Source: Takakia lepidozioides
Taxonomy: Eukaryota; Plantae; Bryophyta
Direction of reading: 5' to 3'
Length of the DNA: 64,000 bases
Assembly: GCA_030704615.1 (NCBI GenBank)
Contig: CM060734.1
Coordinates: forward strand, 53,444,001 to 53,508,000
Position numbers and translations under genes: made by a program. The notes under the pieces were generated by a model, which was not told where the DNA came from, did no database searches, and was given only the letters and a program-made list of their open reading frames with translations. Of this stretch, positions 35,965 to 47,789 are shown in pieces (the first letter of the stretch is position 1; every line of letters begins with the position of its first letter).

Positions 35965-37897
35965 TTGTTCTCCGCCTGAGGTTGCATTGTCTTCATTGTC
36001 TGACTGTTGATTTGCCTCATCCAAATTTGCTCGTGCTTTCTCCGCCTCCACCGCGGCTATCTGTAGGTTCCGTCCCCGTGGCCGTGCGTGACCATGTCGG
36101 TTAGCGAGATTGGAAGCTGACCTAAGCCGGAGACCATCTTGTTCGTCGTCTGCAACCTTGGAATAGCTGTTTTCCGATGATCCATCTTGTCATGAATGAT
36201 GCAGAGGAATTCAGACGGCATCATAGCTGACTCATTCCTCCAGCTGTGAAAGAGTCTCCTGCAAGACTCATGAAGCCTGAGGTGCTTATCAAGTGCTTTC
36301 TTGTGCGAGGCCTGCTCATCGCTACGTTTGACCGACTTCTTGATTACGTCTTTGAGCATTTAGCAAACGTGCTACTCGACATTGGGAAAAATCCGTTGTC
36401 TGATTCTGCTGACGGCTGCTTGGGAGATAGGCTTCAACCCACATATTTTATTCGCCTACAAGACAAACAGGGGGAAATGAACCTCGCGCGATCGCCCGAG
36501 CTTTAATAGTGAGAGGTCTGATACATTGCGTGGAAGCAAAACAGGGAAGGTCCCAAAACATATAGAATTCGGAAAGTGGTAAAAAAAAAAAAAAACTGAC
36601 CTCATTACACTCTTCACGGAGTTTTTTCCAGTTCAGTTCAGGTGGCAGAACTCGAAGAGTATCTCTCCGTCCGTCTCCAATACAACGGGTTTTATGAGGT
36701 ATGAGATCGGAATTTCCGTTTATAATCGACATTAAGTTTCCTTCAGCTTGACGAGTTTGTGGACGGGGCCATTTCACTCCGGAATCCCGGTGCAACGATG
36801 TAATCACACCCTCTCTGCTTAGTTTCTTGTATTCCATGTAGGTTGAATGACCGATTCCGTGAATTGTCCACCAAGCTGTCTCACACACATCAACGCCCTC
36901 AATGGTTATATAGGCCTTTGTCGAAACCCCGTCGATTCGATGAAGTCTTTTGGGAACATCAAAACCGAACTCTCTCCGTTCGTCGTAAGAGGATCCCCAA
37001 TAAGTGGTCCGGATAGCGAGTGTTTTTCTCCAGTCAAAATAATGGCAACACTGTAAATTGCAACATTGTTTACTGCTGACTTCTCGAACTGCTTGCAGAG
37101 AGAGGCGAGTATTTATCTTTTTGGAATCGTCTTTTTTCGGATTTTTTTTTGGTCTGTTGAAATGCCGGTATGTTGTTTTTTTCACAAGTTCTCGTTGTGA
37201 CCAATATCTGTTTGTTCCCGATTATTGATGAACCTATGAAGCTCATGTGACAATGTCCTGCCACTATCAATCAACCGAGTCTGCGTCAATGGCCAGTTCA
37301 CGAGACACATGAGATTGGTCGAACCGCCATTCAAAATCCTTGTAACGAACACCCCGACGTGATGTTCTCCAACTTTCTCACAAAGTATCACCTCGTCAGG
37401 ATGACATGCTTGAATTTTTCCCTCGTACAAAGCACTTTGTTCATCTCCAAGGAGAATACACAATTTATTTCTCCAACTGTCTCTACCCATAGCAACATTG
37501 TTATTCGGAGACGGCCTTGACATGTTAGATTCAATTTGTTCATTGAATTTGGATGGGAATAAGCCGCAGATGTCAATTCAACCTCCGAGAACTGAGGATC
37601 CTCATTGTTGGTGTTGATGTCAGTCCCAGTATCTTTTTGAATTTGCACCACATTCCAAACGACAGGTGTTCCGATTGCTTCTCCCAAAGAGTTCACATCC
37701 ATGTGCGGATATGGCAACGACACAGAAGAATGTGTCGGATCGCAAGACACTATAACAACAGATATTGTGGACTCGTTTAGCTGTCGTCCGTGGCAACTTC
37801 CACAACCAGTCACGTTGAGACATTCTGCTGTTGCGACGATAGAGTTCGAGCCCTGAAGAGTGAGAAAAACTTGTTGACCAGTTTGGAACAACGACAT
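35965..37897 (-). pseudogene. Transposase remnant: two TNP1/EnSpm-like (DUF8039-like) N-terminal domains, Cys-rich region, start of a DUF7869 (Sola-like RNase H) domain; intron 36456-36600; catalytic core deleted
   Basis: VATAECL...CHGRQL...SLPYPH..VNSLGEAIGTPVVW (TNP1-like); KQCCNLQCC; STFAKCS; CIIHDKMDHRKTAIPR...LTDMVTHGHG matches the I-D-G/K-M-D-Q..K..LP...G...HG pattern. The sequence then jumps to an acidic C-terminus without the DNC..ENKN region. Confidence 0.65.
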
Positions 37898-39689
37898 TTC
37901 CACGAACCTCGCGCGATCGCGCGTGTATCCTACAGTAGAGATTCTGGTGATTAATGATTTGACACTATATCGATGGACACTAAGAAAGAGTGAAACAATA
38001 AGTTACTGAAGGTTTTTTAGAAAAACTGAGGATGAAGATGAAAAAGAACCTCGCGCGATCGCCCGCGTTTAGGGTTATAATGATTTGGAAATTGAAAATA
38101 GAACTCAGACTCTCGGATTATGTACTAGAATGTAGAACGTAGGTCTCTATTGGTCGAAACAGAAATTTGAAAAAAATTAAAGGATCTGCTAAAGCTACGA
38201 CTCGAATGCACAACATTGTCTACGACTCCATAACAGAAATAGAACCACATCGACGGGCGTTCGTGCGTGGTTCAGATGGATGAAATGAAGGACGGATGAA
38301 TAATGGTAGACGAGTTTCGGTTGACAAGTAAGCAAATGGATGAATAAATGAAAACATGGATGAACAAAACACTGTAGTGCGAGTGATCATTCGAAGTACA
38401 TAAAACGGTCGGGTGTGTATGTAAGATCTTTGCAGACAGTGGATGGAACAGAGGAGCAGAGAGACAAAAGAGAAACCCAGATGAGGTGGAGAGGCTCTCA
38501 ATATTGATAGGAGTACAAAGGGAAGAATGAACGTAAAACAGACAGTCCTGAAGATCAGCGAGCCAGAGCAACTGAGAGGGAAAAAATGGCATGCGTGCAT
38601 AGGGCAGGCTTTTATACGGATTGTCAAACAGTATGAGGTCGACGTGTTCACATTACAGAGGTGCGTTTGGAGTGTCATGGATCGACAAATTGTCGCCCTG
38701 GATAGGCTCTTTCGTGTAATCTAGTGGCTATTATGTGTCCTCCATAGCATAAATTCCAAGTAGGAGTCTGAAATCCTCCAAACATTAATGGGTCCATAAG
38801 TTATTGCGGCCTATGCGAATAACTAACTGATTCGAGATCTGAAATCTGACATCCAAAGCACCAGAGAAGCAACAAATCCAATGTTGAATTAATGATACAA
38901 GAGAAGGAGTAGTTGGTGACGAAAGTGGCCACCTCTTAAGGCCATTGTGATGAGCCGGCGGCCATCTATGGCAAAGTGACATTAAGTAGCCGCAATGAAC
39001 GTGGGGCCGTAGATGAGGTGCAGGTAGAGAAAACGTGAGACCGATCAAATCCCAGATGCACGTCCCGACACCTCATTATTGAACATATGAATAATATTTT
39101 ATCATTAGATGAAATAAGAGCATTTGCGGATGAAACAGACGTATACTGGATGAGATGACTGCCCTAGTGGATGATTCAACTCCCCTCATGGATAAGCGCC
39201 GTCACGGGAACCCGCAATAATTCCAGGGTGTTCACTTTATGAATGTGTCGGATTGCCAAGCCGTAACGCTCTGGACAAACTAGTGGAGTCCATTCATTAC
39301 TGACAGTCATGTCGCATCATTGATTGTACCTGCATAAATTTAGGGGTCCTCAGCGAACCGTTGGGAAACATCCCGCCTTTCATTCATCCATGCATCGAGG
39401 CCACAAACCGTCGGATGCGACATAACGCCGACGGTTGAGATCACAGGTGGTAAGGCATATAAGGAGGAGTGACCGAAAAGAGTCTTTTTTTGCATTCATT
39501 TGATACACGCAGAAGCCCTGTTCAATTTTGAACTCAAGGAAGAGGTGCGAGAGAGAGGGACTAAGCGAGAGAGGCAGAGAGGTGGAGATCGAGGAAGCGA
39601 GAAAATGAGAGATCAAGGGAGCGTGAGTTGGAGTGAGTGTGGGTTTAAGCAATTCACCGTGTGCGGGGGAGTGTGACAGAGTGAAAGGA

Positions 39690-42420
39690 GGGCAAAACAA
39701 AAGAGTACGCTATCCCGGAAGCTGTTGTGCGCACCCGAGCGAGAGAGCTCATCCAGCCTTGCAGGGAGGATCCTTGCCTGAAATGGCATCAAACAGGTAA
39801 AAAAATTTCCCGTTTTCTTCGTGCATGCAATGAGGGATTCTTCCATGGGCTGCAGAGATTGCAGGAAGGTAGAAGTTGCATGCTTGATTGATTGTTTGCT
39901 TGATTGTTTTCTTGTTTGAGCGAATGATTGCTTGTTTTGACTGTTTTGTTTACTTGTTTTGATTTTTGGATTGATTCCAGGGTTAAAGAGGTAGGATGGT
40001 CGATAGAAAGATTGGGAATTGTGGAAGATTTCGGGATATGTACGCTTTCCTTGAAGAACGACTCCGGAGTCGAGACATGAGAAATTCCGATTTCATAGTG
40101 TTCGTAGGTACAACTGACAACTGTTTAGGTTTTGCAGCCTATGGTGTAGGCCTCAGTACAGGTACCATGACACAGTCCATTCACGCGCGATCGCGCGTGA
40201 ACTCATTTTACCATGTACAGTTCTGGATACAGAACTGTGTTTTTGGCTCGATTCGGTTATGCACATTATTTCCATGATCTGCATTACGTGCCACTCAAAA
40301 TAGGGATTCCTAGTGATTTCATAAGCCGTAAAGAAACCTCGCGCGATCGCATGTGTTTATTTCAGTTATAGTAGCCCATATCAATATGTTCTCCATGCCA
40401 CAAATGCATCTCCAATTGGCGAAACAATATCATCTGATATTGTTGATGATGTAGAAATGATCAGGCCAGAAGCTTTTCAAGGACCTGACAACTTGTTGTC
40501 TACTCAGGCATCCATTACTGTAATGGAGAGTGATCCCATCAGTGTTTCGGATGTTGTTTCGAGGCTCAAAATGTCAAAAGGTGAATCCACCGTTAGCAGG
40601 GTCGATGATTTAACTGAGGTTGGCTACATAGTGGAAAACGACTCTCAATATCTTGGGGAATCCTCTTTGGAGCCGTCCTTATCCCAACACTTTCCACCAG
40701 ACATCGTCACGAGGCATCTACATGAGTCTACCAAATAATTGGTTGCAACTATCGCTAAACTGCCTCCTCATCATGTCGTAATTCCAAGCGGGTCACCGGA
40801 TCACGAGGGCTAAACACCTCAACTGCTGAGAAATCAGGTGATTTAATTCTATTTCATCCATGCATTTTGTTGTTACCGTGTTTCTGTTCATCCTCTGATT
40901 TTCTCTCTTTACTCCAGGCCAAAAAAGCTGCAAGGTATGACCTTCTTGTGAAGCGACAACTTCTGTGGGGTTGTATTCCAAGGTATTTATTTTTATTTTT
41001 ATTTTTATTTTTCCGTTTGAATTTGGTTCAGGATGTGCAGAAAGAAATAAACCGAATTCCATTGCCAACCGTCAGCGAGAAGGTTATTGAACTCACTCAT
41101 TCGCCGACTGAGGTCAGCACACCGACACGACCAGCAAATATTTCTGCACATCCCCAACCCCCCAGAATTTTGAATGAACCCATGTCAAGGAAACGTCACA
41201 GATCACAGCAGTCAGCGGCGGTCGTGTCCGACGATGAAAAAATAACATCTGGCGTTCTGGTATCCCTTCAACATTCACCTGCCTCCAGTGGTAACCCGCC
41301 TCAGAATCGAAGATAAATCTAGCCAAGGTAATAAGTATCTCCTTCACTTGGTTCTTTGTCTTATTGGTTATGGCTTCCTAGTAATCATTACATTGTCGAC
41401 ACAACTTTACACAAAGTAACCTCGCGCGATCGCGCGTGGTTGCAGGAAACTCAGAGACTCCCGATTGTGTTTTTTTGTCTCAAGTCTCAATTGGGTGTCG
41501 TAATGCTAAAAATATTACCTTCGCAAAATATTACATTTGAAAATCAGGGTATAGAAACTAGGTAACCACAAAACGCAAGTTTGTGGCATTTTTTGAGTGC
41601 AAAATGTATTGGAAATACCTAATTTTTGGGTCAAATAACTGAAACTAATGGGCTATTTTGGATGGTTCAGAACGTTGTTACTCAAGAAATGTGTGGTGTC
41701 CGGAAACACAAATGCATGTTGCTAGTACTGAGTGTCAATAGACTTCTTTGCTACAGGCTACCTCCTACCGGAGGTGAGTTATTTAAACAGAGGTTCCACT
41801 TGAGGAAAGTAACAATTCGGGTGCCCGCAAGACCATTTGTGGTTCCACGACCTGGAGTGCTGGAGTTTCTTCAACTTGCATTGACTCATTTTCATGTAGC
41901 GATTTGGTCTTGCTCTGAAAGGGATACTGTATTCAAAGATGTTGAAGTGTTTCGTTCCTCCGGAAATTATGAAACAACTTCGTTTCATATGGTCTGCCGA
42001 GCATTGCAGAGATACAGCTAGACATATTAAGCCTGGAATGAAATATCTTATTAAAGATATTAAGAGTATTCTCGTAAAATTTAGTGGGAAAGAATTTGCT
42101 AGGCAAGGGCAAATTCTATTGGTCGATGATGACCCATCCAAGGCACTCCGAAACCCAGTGAATACTGGAGTCTTCCCCATCACATTCAAGGAATCAAGCA
42201 ATTTGGAGGATTTGGTTGACCTCACCAAAGCTTTGTGGTTTTTTTCTCTCTGGCTTGATTGGAGCCCAGTCCGTTGTAGATTACGTTGGCTAAAACTCCT
42301 GCAAATCTTCCGGCCCTCCGATAGATCGAAATCACGTCTACTGGTCCTGGTTTGGAAGATTTATTGATGCTTCTATTTGGCACCCCCCTCAAAAAAATCC
42401 CGATTATCTGGGTACGTAAT
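39690..42420 (+). pseudogene. Multi-exon cargo gene ending in an FCP1/NIF-like HAD phosphatase-homology domain (frameshifted, DxD motif lost)
   Basis: LLVLSVNRLL...FVVPRPGVLEFLQLALTHFHVAIWS.../LRFIWSAEHC...IKDIK...ILLVDDDPSKALRNPVNTGVFP is the FCP1-homology pattern; upstream GT-AG exons encode S/P/E-rich sequence. Confidence 0.7.
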
Positions 42421-44030
42421 TTAACATTGCCTTATTTTGTGTGTAATCCATCAGCTTTACTTCAACCTCCATTTGTACTTATACATATGTTGACTTCACA
42501 TGACTTTTGTGAGATCAATGATATTTCAATGATCTTTGTATTTTCTTTAACAATTCCTTTCTGTGCTGCCTCCACACAGTTATATTCCAGTCTCAAGTTC
42601 AAAATCAAAATCGACAGAAGAAGAAAGAGGAACGGCAGCGTAAGGCTGAGCGGAGGGACCGCGAGGCTTTACGTTTGTCAAGGTCATCAAGTACAGCTAC
42701 TAGTGAGGTATCTGGTCATATCTTACATTCCCACTGTATCCATCTCCTCGGGTGCACAAAATTCCGCCATCAGTGGTAACCGACGGCGATCTCGAATATA
42801 TGCGTTGAGTGTGAGCCGTTTGGGAAGCAACTTTGTGTTATTGATGAACTAAACTATGGCCGGCATGTTCATTACACACATACGTTATTTAACTCTGTCA
42901 ATGTTATGCTAGATACTTTCGGCTATAATGTTAGTCATCGAAGTTTGAGAGAAATCATATATCCTCTTGTGGAGCTAGCATGGATCAGCAGTGCCATCAG
43001 ATGTTATAAAAACAAGTTGACTTCATTGTCAGTTTAAGCAATAACAGATCAGGCTGGAGGCTGGAGGAGGTTGGAGGAGAAGAAATTTTCCGATGTTTTC
43101 ATATTACGATGGGGAACAAGTGACACGATCATTGTCTATGACTGAATTCGGGTTCCTAACTCGTAATTCAAGCTCCCATGATGGTCGTCTCATTTATTCC
43201 TAAGCGGATTGTGAAGCTCTGTTAAAATCTCTCTTCAAATGGATTGAAGTAATTTTGGCGGCTTCGAAATTCCTTCCCTGACGAACTTATGGCACCACTG
43301 TGGTTGATTGAAATCTGGATGCACTCGGCTCGTTGGGGTTCTCAATGGTGGAAGAGACAGAGATCTGTCGGGCGATCACTCGTGGTTCGAAAAGCGGAAT
43401 TCAGCATCGTCCTGGTTCTCCAGCCGACTGCCAAATGGTTATATTACCTCAACAGTACCACATGTGATTGATCGGAGTGATGGTTTTTCTATGCTCATGC
43501 AGTCAACAATGAAAATGTTGTCATTTGAAGATGTGATGATTCTGCAGGCTTAGTGAGTTACTTCAGGACAGTTACATTGAGAGAACTCAAGGTATTTGGA
43601 TAATCCGTCCCGGAATATTTCACACCATCATCCTGGATGATTCATTGATGTGTTTCAGAACACACACTCAAATCATCCGGGTTGATGGTATCACTTGTTT
43701 CTTGGCGGATTGTTCAAGTATCTTATAATCCTAGTCTTTAAGTAGTTTGAAGTCATTCTCCCTGCTTGCATAATCCGATCTCCAACAATTGACAGCATCC
43801 TCGTGGTGTATTTTTTGGTTCCTATATCATTCGTTTGGAGATCCATTATTCTTTTGAGGAACACCAACGATTAACATCGCGCGATCACGTGTGCTTCTCT
43901 AAGAATTGACCTGTTCTGATGTCCATCATTGCACACCAAAATGGTGTTACGAGGAGGCAAAATGTCAGCAATTGAACGTCAATTTACAGCGACATTCTCG
44001 TCGTTTTCATGTGGACTGGACGCCAAAGGA

Positions 44031-44542
44031 GGAACACCGTCGCTAACAATATCAACAATCATATGTACTTCAAGGTGTTTGATACTGCATGTGTTCATGT
44101 AGCTGATTTCTATAGGAGTCTTTTTGCTATTCCCATTCCAACAACATCAGGTCCACTGAGGCTGCCATATTTCAAAATCGGACTCAGGCACCACCTACAT
44201 GAAACCATCAGCTAAGAATGAAATCTCCAGTTCATTCAATCATAGCCCGGAGAAATATCTCAAGCTGCTGGGCAACTACTTGTGGGCTAGGGTGTTTCTC
44301 TGGAGTCACATACAATGAATCGAAGATCTAGTTCTTAGCTGACATGCAGCTGATGGTTTTATATTGGTCAATGATGGTGGGCCGTGGCTAATACGGGAGT
44401 CTGAATATGACAGTCTCTGGGGACCTGATACTGTTCGCATGGGAAAAGCAAAATGACTACTATACAATTCAGCTATATGAACAACAATAGCATCAAACAC
44501 CTAGCAGTAAATAGGATTTTTGACATTGCTTGTGACAGTTCC
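44031..44542. repeat. Diverged fold-back (inverted) duplication, arms ~235-255 bp, centre ~44272
   Basis: Plus FKVFDTACVHVADFYRSLFAIPIPTTSGPLRLPY versus minus VFDAIVVHIAELYSSHFAFPMRTVSGPQRLSY; DNA arms align from GGAAC (44031) to GTTCC (44542). Confidence 0.8.
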
Positions 44543-45495
44543 AATTAGTTAGTTGGTGGTTAGTAGTTGGAGATTATTTAGTTGGTGATCAGTTTACGAG
44601 TGCTTTACAGTAAATCGTCAGAAGTACCACAGCCCGTCACAGATGAACCTCGACTGGTCACCCGACATTATTTCCTTGAAAATTTCGCTGAAAACGTCAC
44701 TCTCTCCATCAACGTACTTGCCACCGAGCCACTCTCCAGAAGCATACGAGCAACATACTTACTCCCCAATTGGATACTTTCAGCATCTTACTCCAGGGTC
44801 AGTTACTTGGAGATTATGTTTTGAAGAGCATACGAGTAATTCATCATCTTCGCGATTTACTGAAAGTTTGCAAGGCCACCTATTCTTCGAGAAGTACAGC
44901 TGAACTTCGGTCGCAAAAGACATTGTTGGTTGGCGTAATATTGGAGGATATTTTTCGTGAGGTCATCACTATATCAACGATTCTCAAGACAACATTTCCG
45001 GGACTTCTTCCATCTTCTGCTGACAAAAACCTTCGGAACAACGGAAGAATACATATTTGAAAATGGTCCCTCCAACCTTGTCAAAATATCGTGATTTTGG
45101 GAAATGACTTTTCTCAAAATATTTTCATCATAAGTACGTCTGCCGACATCGTCTTGTGTTAACGGAGTTCAGTCCTCCTTCTAGAAGTTGATACTCTCAT
45201 TGACATGGTTTACGTTACTTGTATTGGTCCATGCCGCATGGGGCGAGACTTACTCAAATTGACATGGTTCTGAAATAAAATCTGGTTGTTTATCATAAAT
45301 GTCTCCCCATTGTCTTTCATTTCATTTTTATGGTATTGTGTCATTGTGCCATGTTTTGCTCACATATTTGATTGATTTGTCTTGTACGTTACATAGTAAC
45401 GGCCTTCACAAGCTCAGCCGTGGTTACGAATATGACTGGTGCTCCAATTATCCATCAGGCCGCGGATCATGAAGCGAGTTATCACCCGACACCCG

Positions 45496-45637
45496 TTTTT
45501 TTAATTTATTTTTTAATGTAATGGAAGAATGAGACACCACCCAGGAACATACCACACTCGTCAGTAGCAAGATTTGACCCCATAATCATCTGAGTGGCAC
45601 TCAGTGCACTTCACCAACTGAGCTACTGACTGTTGGT
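45496..45637 (-). mobile_element. tRNA-derived SINE (tRNA-Gly(GCC)-like head) with A-rich tail
   Basis: Minus strand: A-box TAGCTCAGTTGG, CTGA-GTGCCAC-TCAG stem-loop, B-box-like GGGTCAAATCT, GTCAGTAGC/GCTACTGAC closing stem, ~50-nt body, then TTAAAAAATAAATTAAAAAAA. Confidence 0.7.
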
Positions 45638-45899
45638 ATCTCATTCAACTCTTACTAAACGTCGAGTGAACAGTGGAACTTGCTTTATGAGCCAAATATA
45701 AACTGTTTTTTCTCTTGAAGTTTATATATAATGTTTCTTTATTGCTCATATTATATATTAATAGACAAACAATTATTTATTTATTTATATTTATATTTAA
45801 AATGATCCATTTAAATTCATTTAAATGATTTAAAAAATACATATTAAGATATTTCTCCTTATTTCTGGACCAAACTTTAGTCCAGATTTATTTAAAATT

Positions 45900-47332
45900 A
45901 TGTTCTTTGAGCTTTGAGAGATCTCCCCCCTTGAACAATCTATCTAAGAGACTGTGACAAAGCACCAGGAGACGGATGGGCGTCTAGGATGTGGCATCTA
46001 ACAATTAAGCTCCAAGGGGCAGAGAGATTTGTGAGAACTCTCGACACCCATTTGGCAAGCAGAGAGATTATTTGGGTTTGTGGGTCACGGATACCCAAGC
46101 CACCAAATTTCCTCTTTTGCGTAATCTGGGACCAGCCGACCAAGGCTCTTCTGTTGGGGGAAGCTGAAGTGCCTCCCCACACGAAATTCCTAGTCATAGT
46201 TTGGATTTGCTTAATTAGTTGAGCCCCAGGATACCAGACTGAAGCCAAGAACCAAGAAGAAGCAAGAATAACTTGATTTGCTACAATAGCTCTTCCTGTG
46301 ATGGATAGATGAAGGGAAGACCAGTAAGAAAGACTCCGTTTGATCCTGGCCAGAACCGCCTCAAAACGCTAAAGATCAACAGGCCATGCCCAATCAGGTG
46401 GCCTAACAAGGTATGTGATTGACCATCCTGTAACCAGCGCAAGCCCAAATTATCCCCCCATGGGGCAATATGCGATAGAGGAGCATCAATGGAAAGCTTC
46501 GACAGAATACCCACGGACTTCTTCCAATTAACTTTAAGGCCAGAGGCCGAGCAGAAAGATGAGAGAGCCGAGAGAGTTCATTCGATGTTAGCTGTCGAAG
46601 AGTTGTCCAACAGGAGAACAATATCGTCTGCATACATAGAGGTCTTGACAGAGTGAGGGGCTAGCAAAGATCTAGGGATTTGAAGACCCTGAATGGAGTA
46701 ATCGTTGGCTAGCATGTGGGTCAGAGAATCAGTAGCCAAAAGAAAGAGGAAGGGAGCGAGTGGGCAGCCTTGCCTCACTGACCTATGCAGCTTGAAGGAT
46801 ATTACACCGTTGATCTGCACTTTGCTAGATGCAGAGAATAGCAATATTTTGACCCAGGAAAGGAAACTACCCGAGAATCCCAGCTGTTGCATAACTCATA
46901 GCAACATAGACCAGTCAATATTATCGAATGCCTTCTCAAAGTCCAGTAAAAACATTGTAAGAGGCTGGTTATTAATCTTGGCCAGATGCAAAGCCTCGAT
47001 GGAGAGCAGAACATTATCTAAAATCATCCTATTCTTCATAAATCCCGTCTGCTCAGGGCGCACCAGATTTGGCAAAAATGGCTGGAGATGCATAGTGAGA
47101 GCCTTTGCAATAATTTTATAAGTGGAATTAAGCAAGGTGATTGGCCCGTAGTTACTGATGAGGTCTCTTTCACCTTTCTTGAAAATAAGAGCTATAACAC
47201 CTTGCGAAATCTGCGATGGCATGATTTCTTTAGCCAAGATATCATTCGCCATTTGCAGGAAGTCAGAGCTCAATTCTCCCGTGCTTTAAAAAATTCTACT
47301 GGAAGGCCATCAATACCAGGGGCCTTGAGGAC
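45900..47332 (-). pseudogene. LINE reverse transcriptase domain, inverted relative to the rest of its element
   Basis: KAPGIDGLPVEFF, NYGPITLLNSTYKIIAK, QTGF, LDFEKAFD, SVRQGCPLAPFLF, YADD, GGLGI. Confidence 0.95.
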
Positions 47333-47789
47333 AATATTTGGTTGTCATATGAACATTTCGGAATGATCCCTAAATATTTTGAAACATAATTCACATGTTT
47401 CATTGAAATCCAACCTTATTCCATTCAACATTTTAATCCATCAATTGAAAACTTGCAATACATTGGTTCATGGTACTACTATACTGTAAGCATGGTATGG
47501 ATGTTTACTTTTCATTTGTATATTATCTTCTTGAATATCTGTTTATGTCATACATCTATCAATTTATTAATAACTTCATTCAATCGATCTTATCTTTATA
47601 ATTTTCTGATGCAAAGTACGTCATTCGACTTACCATTCGATGTTACATGAATGGGATTGTGCAACTTCACAAGTTAAATGACTCAGTATTCCACGATATT
47701 ATTATTGTTACCTGAATTGATTTTAATTATGTTATATATTAAGTTTGGTCCAGATTTAAGCCAAAAGTCCGGAATTACTTAAAATAGGG

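Larger units (their letters stand above)
34354..47789. mobile_element. Unclassified large DNA transposon-like element (~12 kb), now split into 34354-45899 (inverted) and ~47333-47789
   Basis: Right end ...AGTCCGGAATTACTTAAAATAGGG|TTAA; related end AGTCCAGATTTATTTAAAAT at ~45879-45898 (17/20 match) abuts the LINE RT; shared TCTGGACCAAACTT subterminal motif; LINE frame is restored across the site (AGA ACA TTA AAG GCT TGG). Confidence 0.6.

Noticed and set aside
36480-43893. Cyanobacterial DNA or contamination because of HIP1 octamers
   Set aside because: The surrounding genes have spliceosomal introns, and the octamer always sits in a longer element-specific palindrome.
45560-45630. Functional tRNA gene
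   Set aside because: T-arm/B-box and stems deviate from a canonical cloverleaf, and it is followed by a body and A-tail typical of a SINE.
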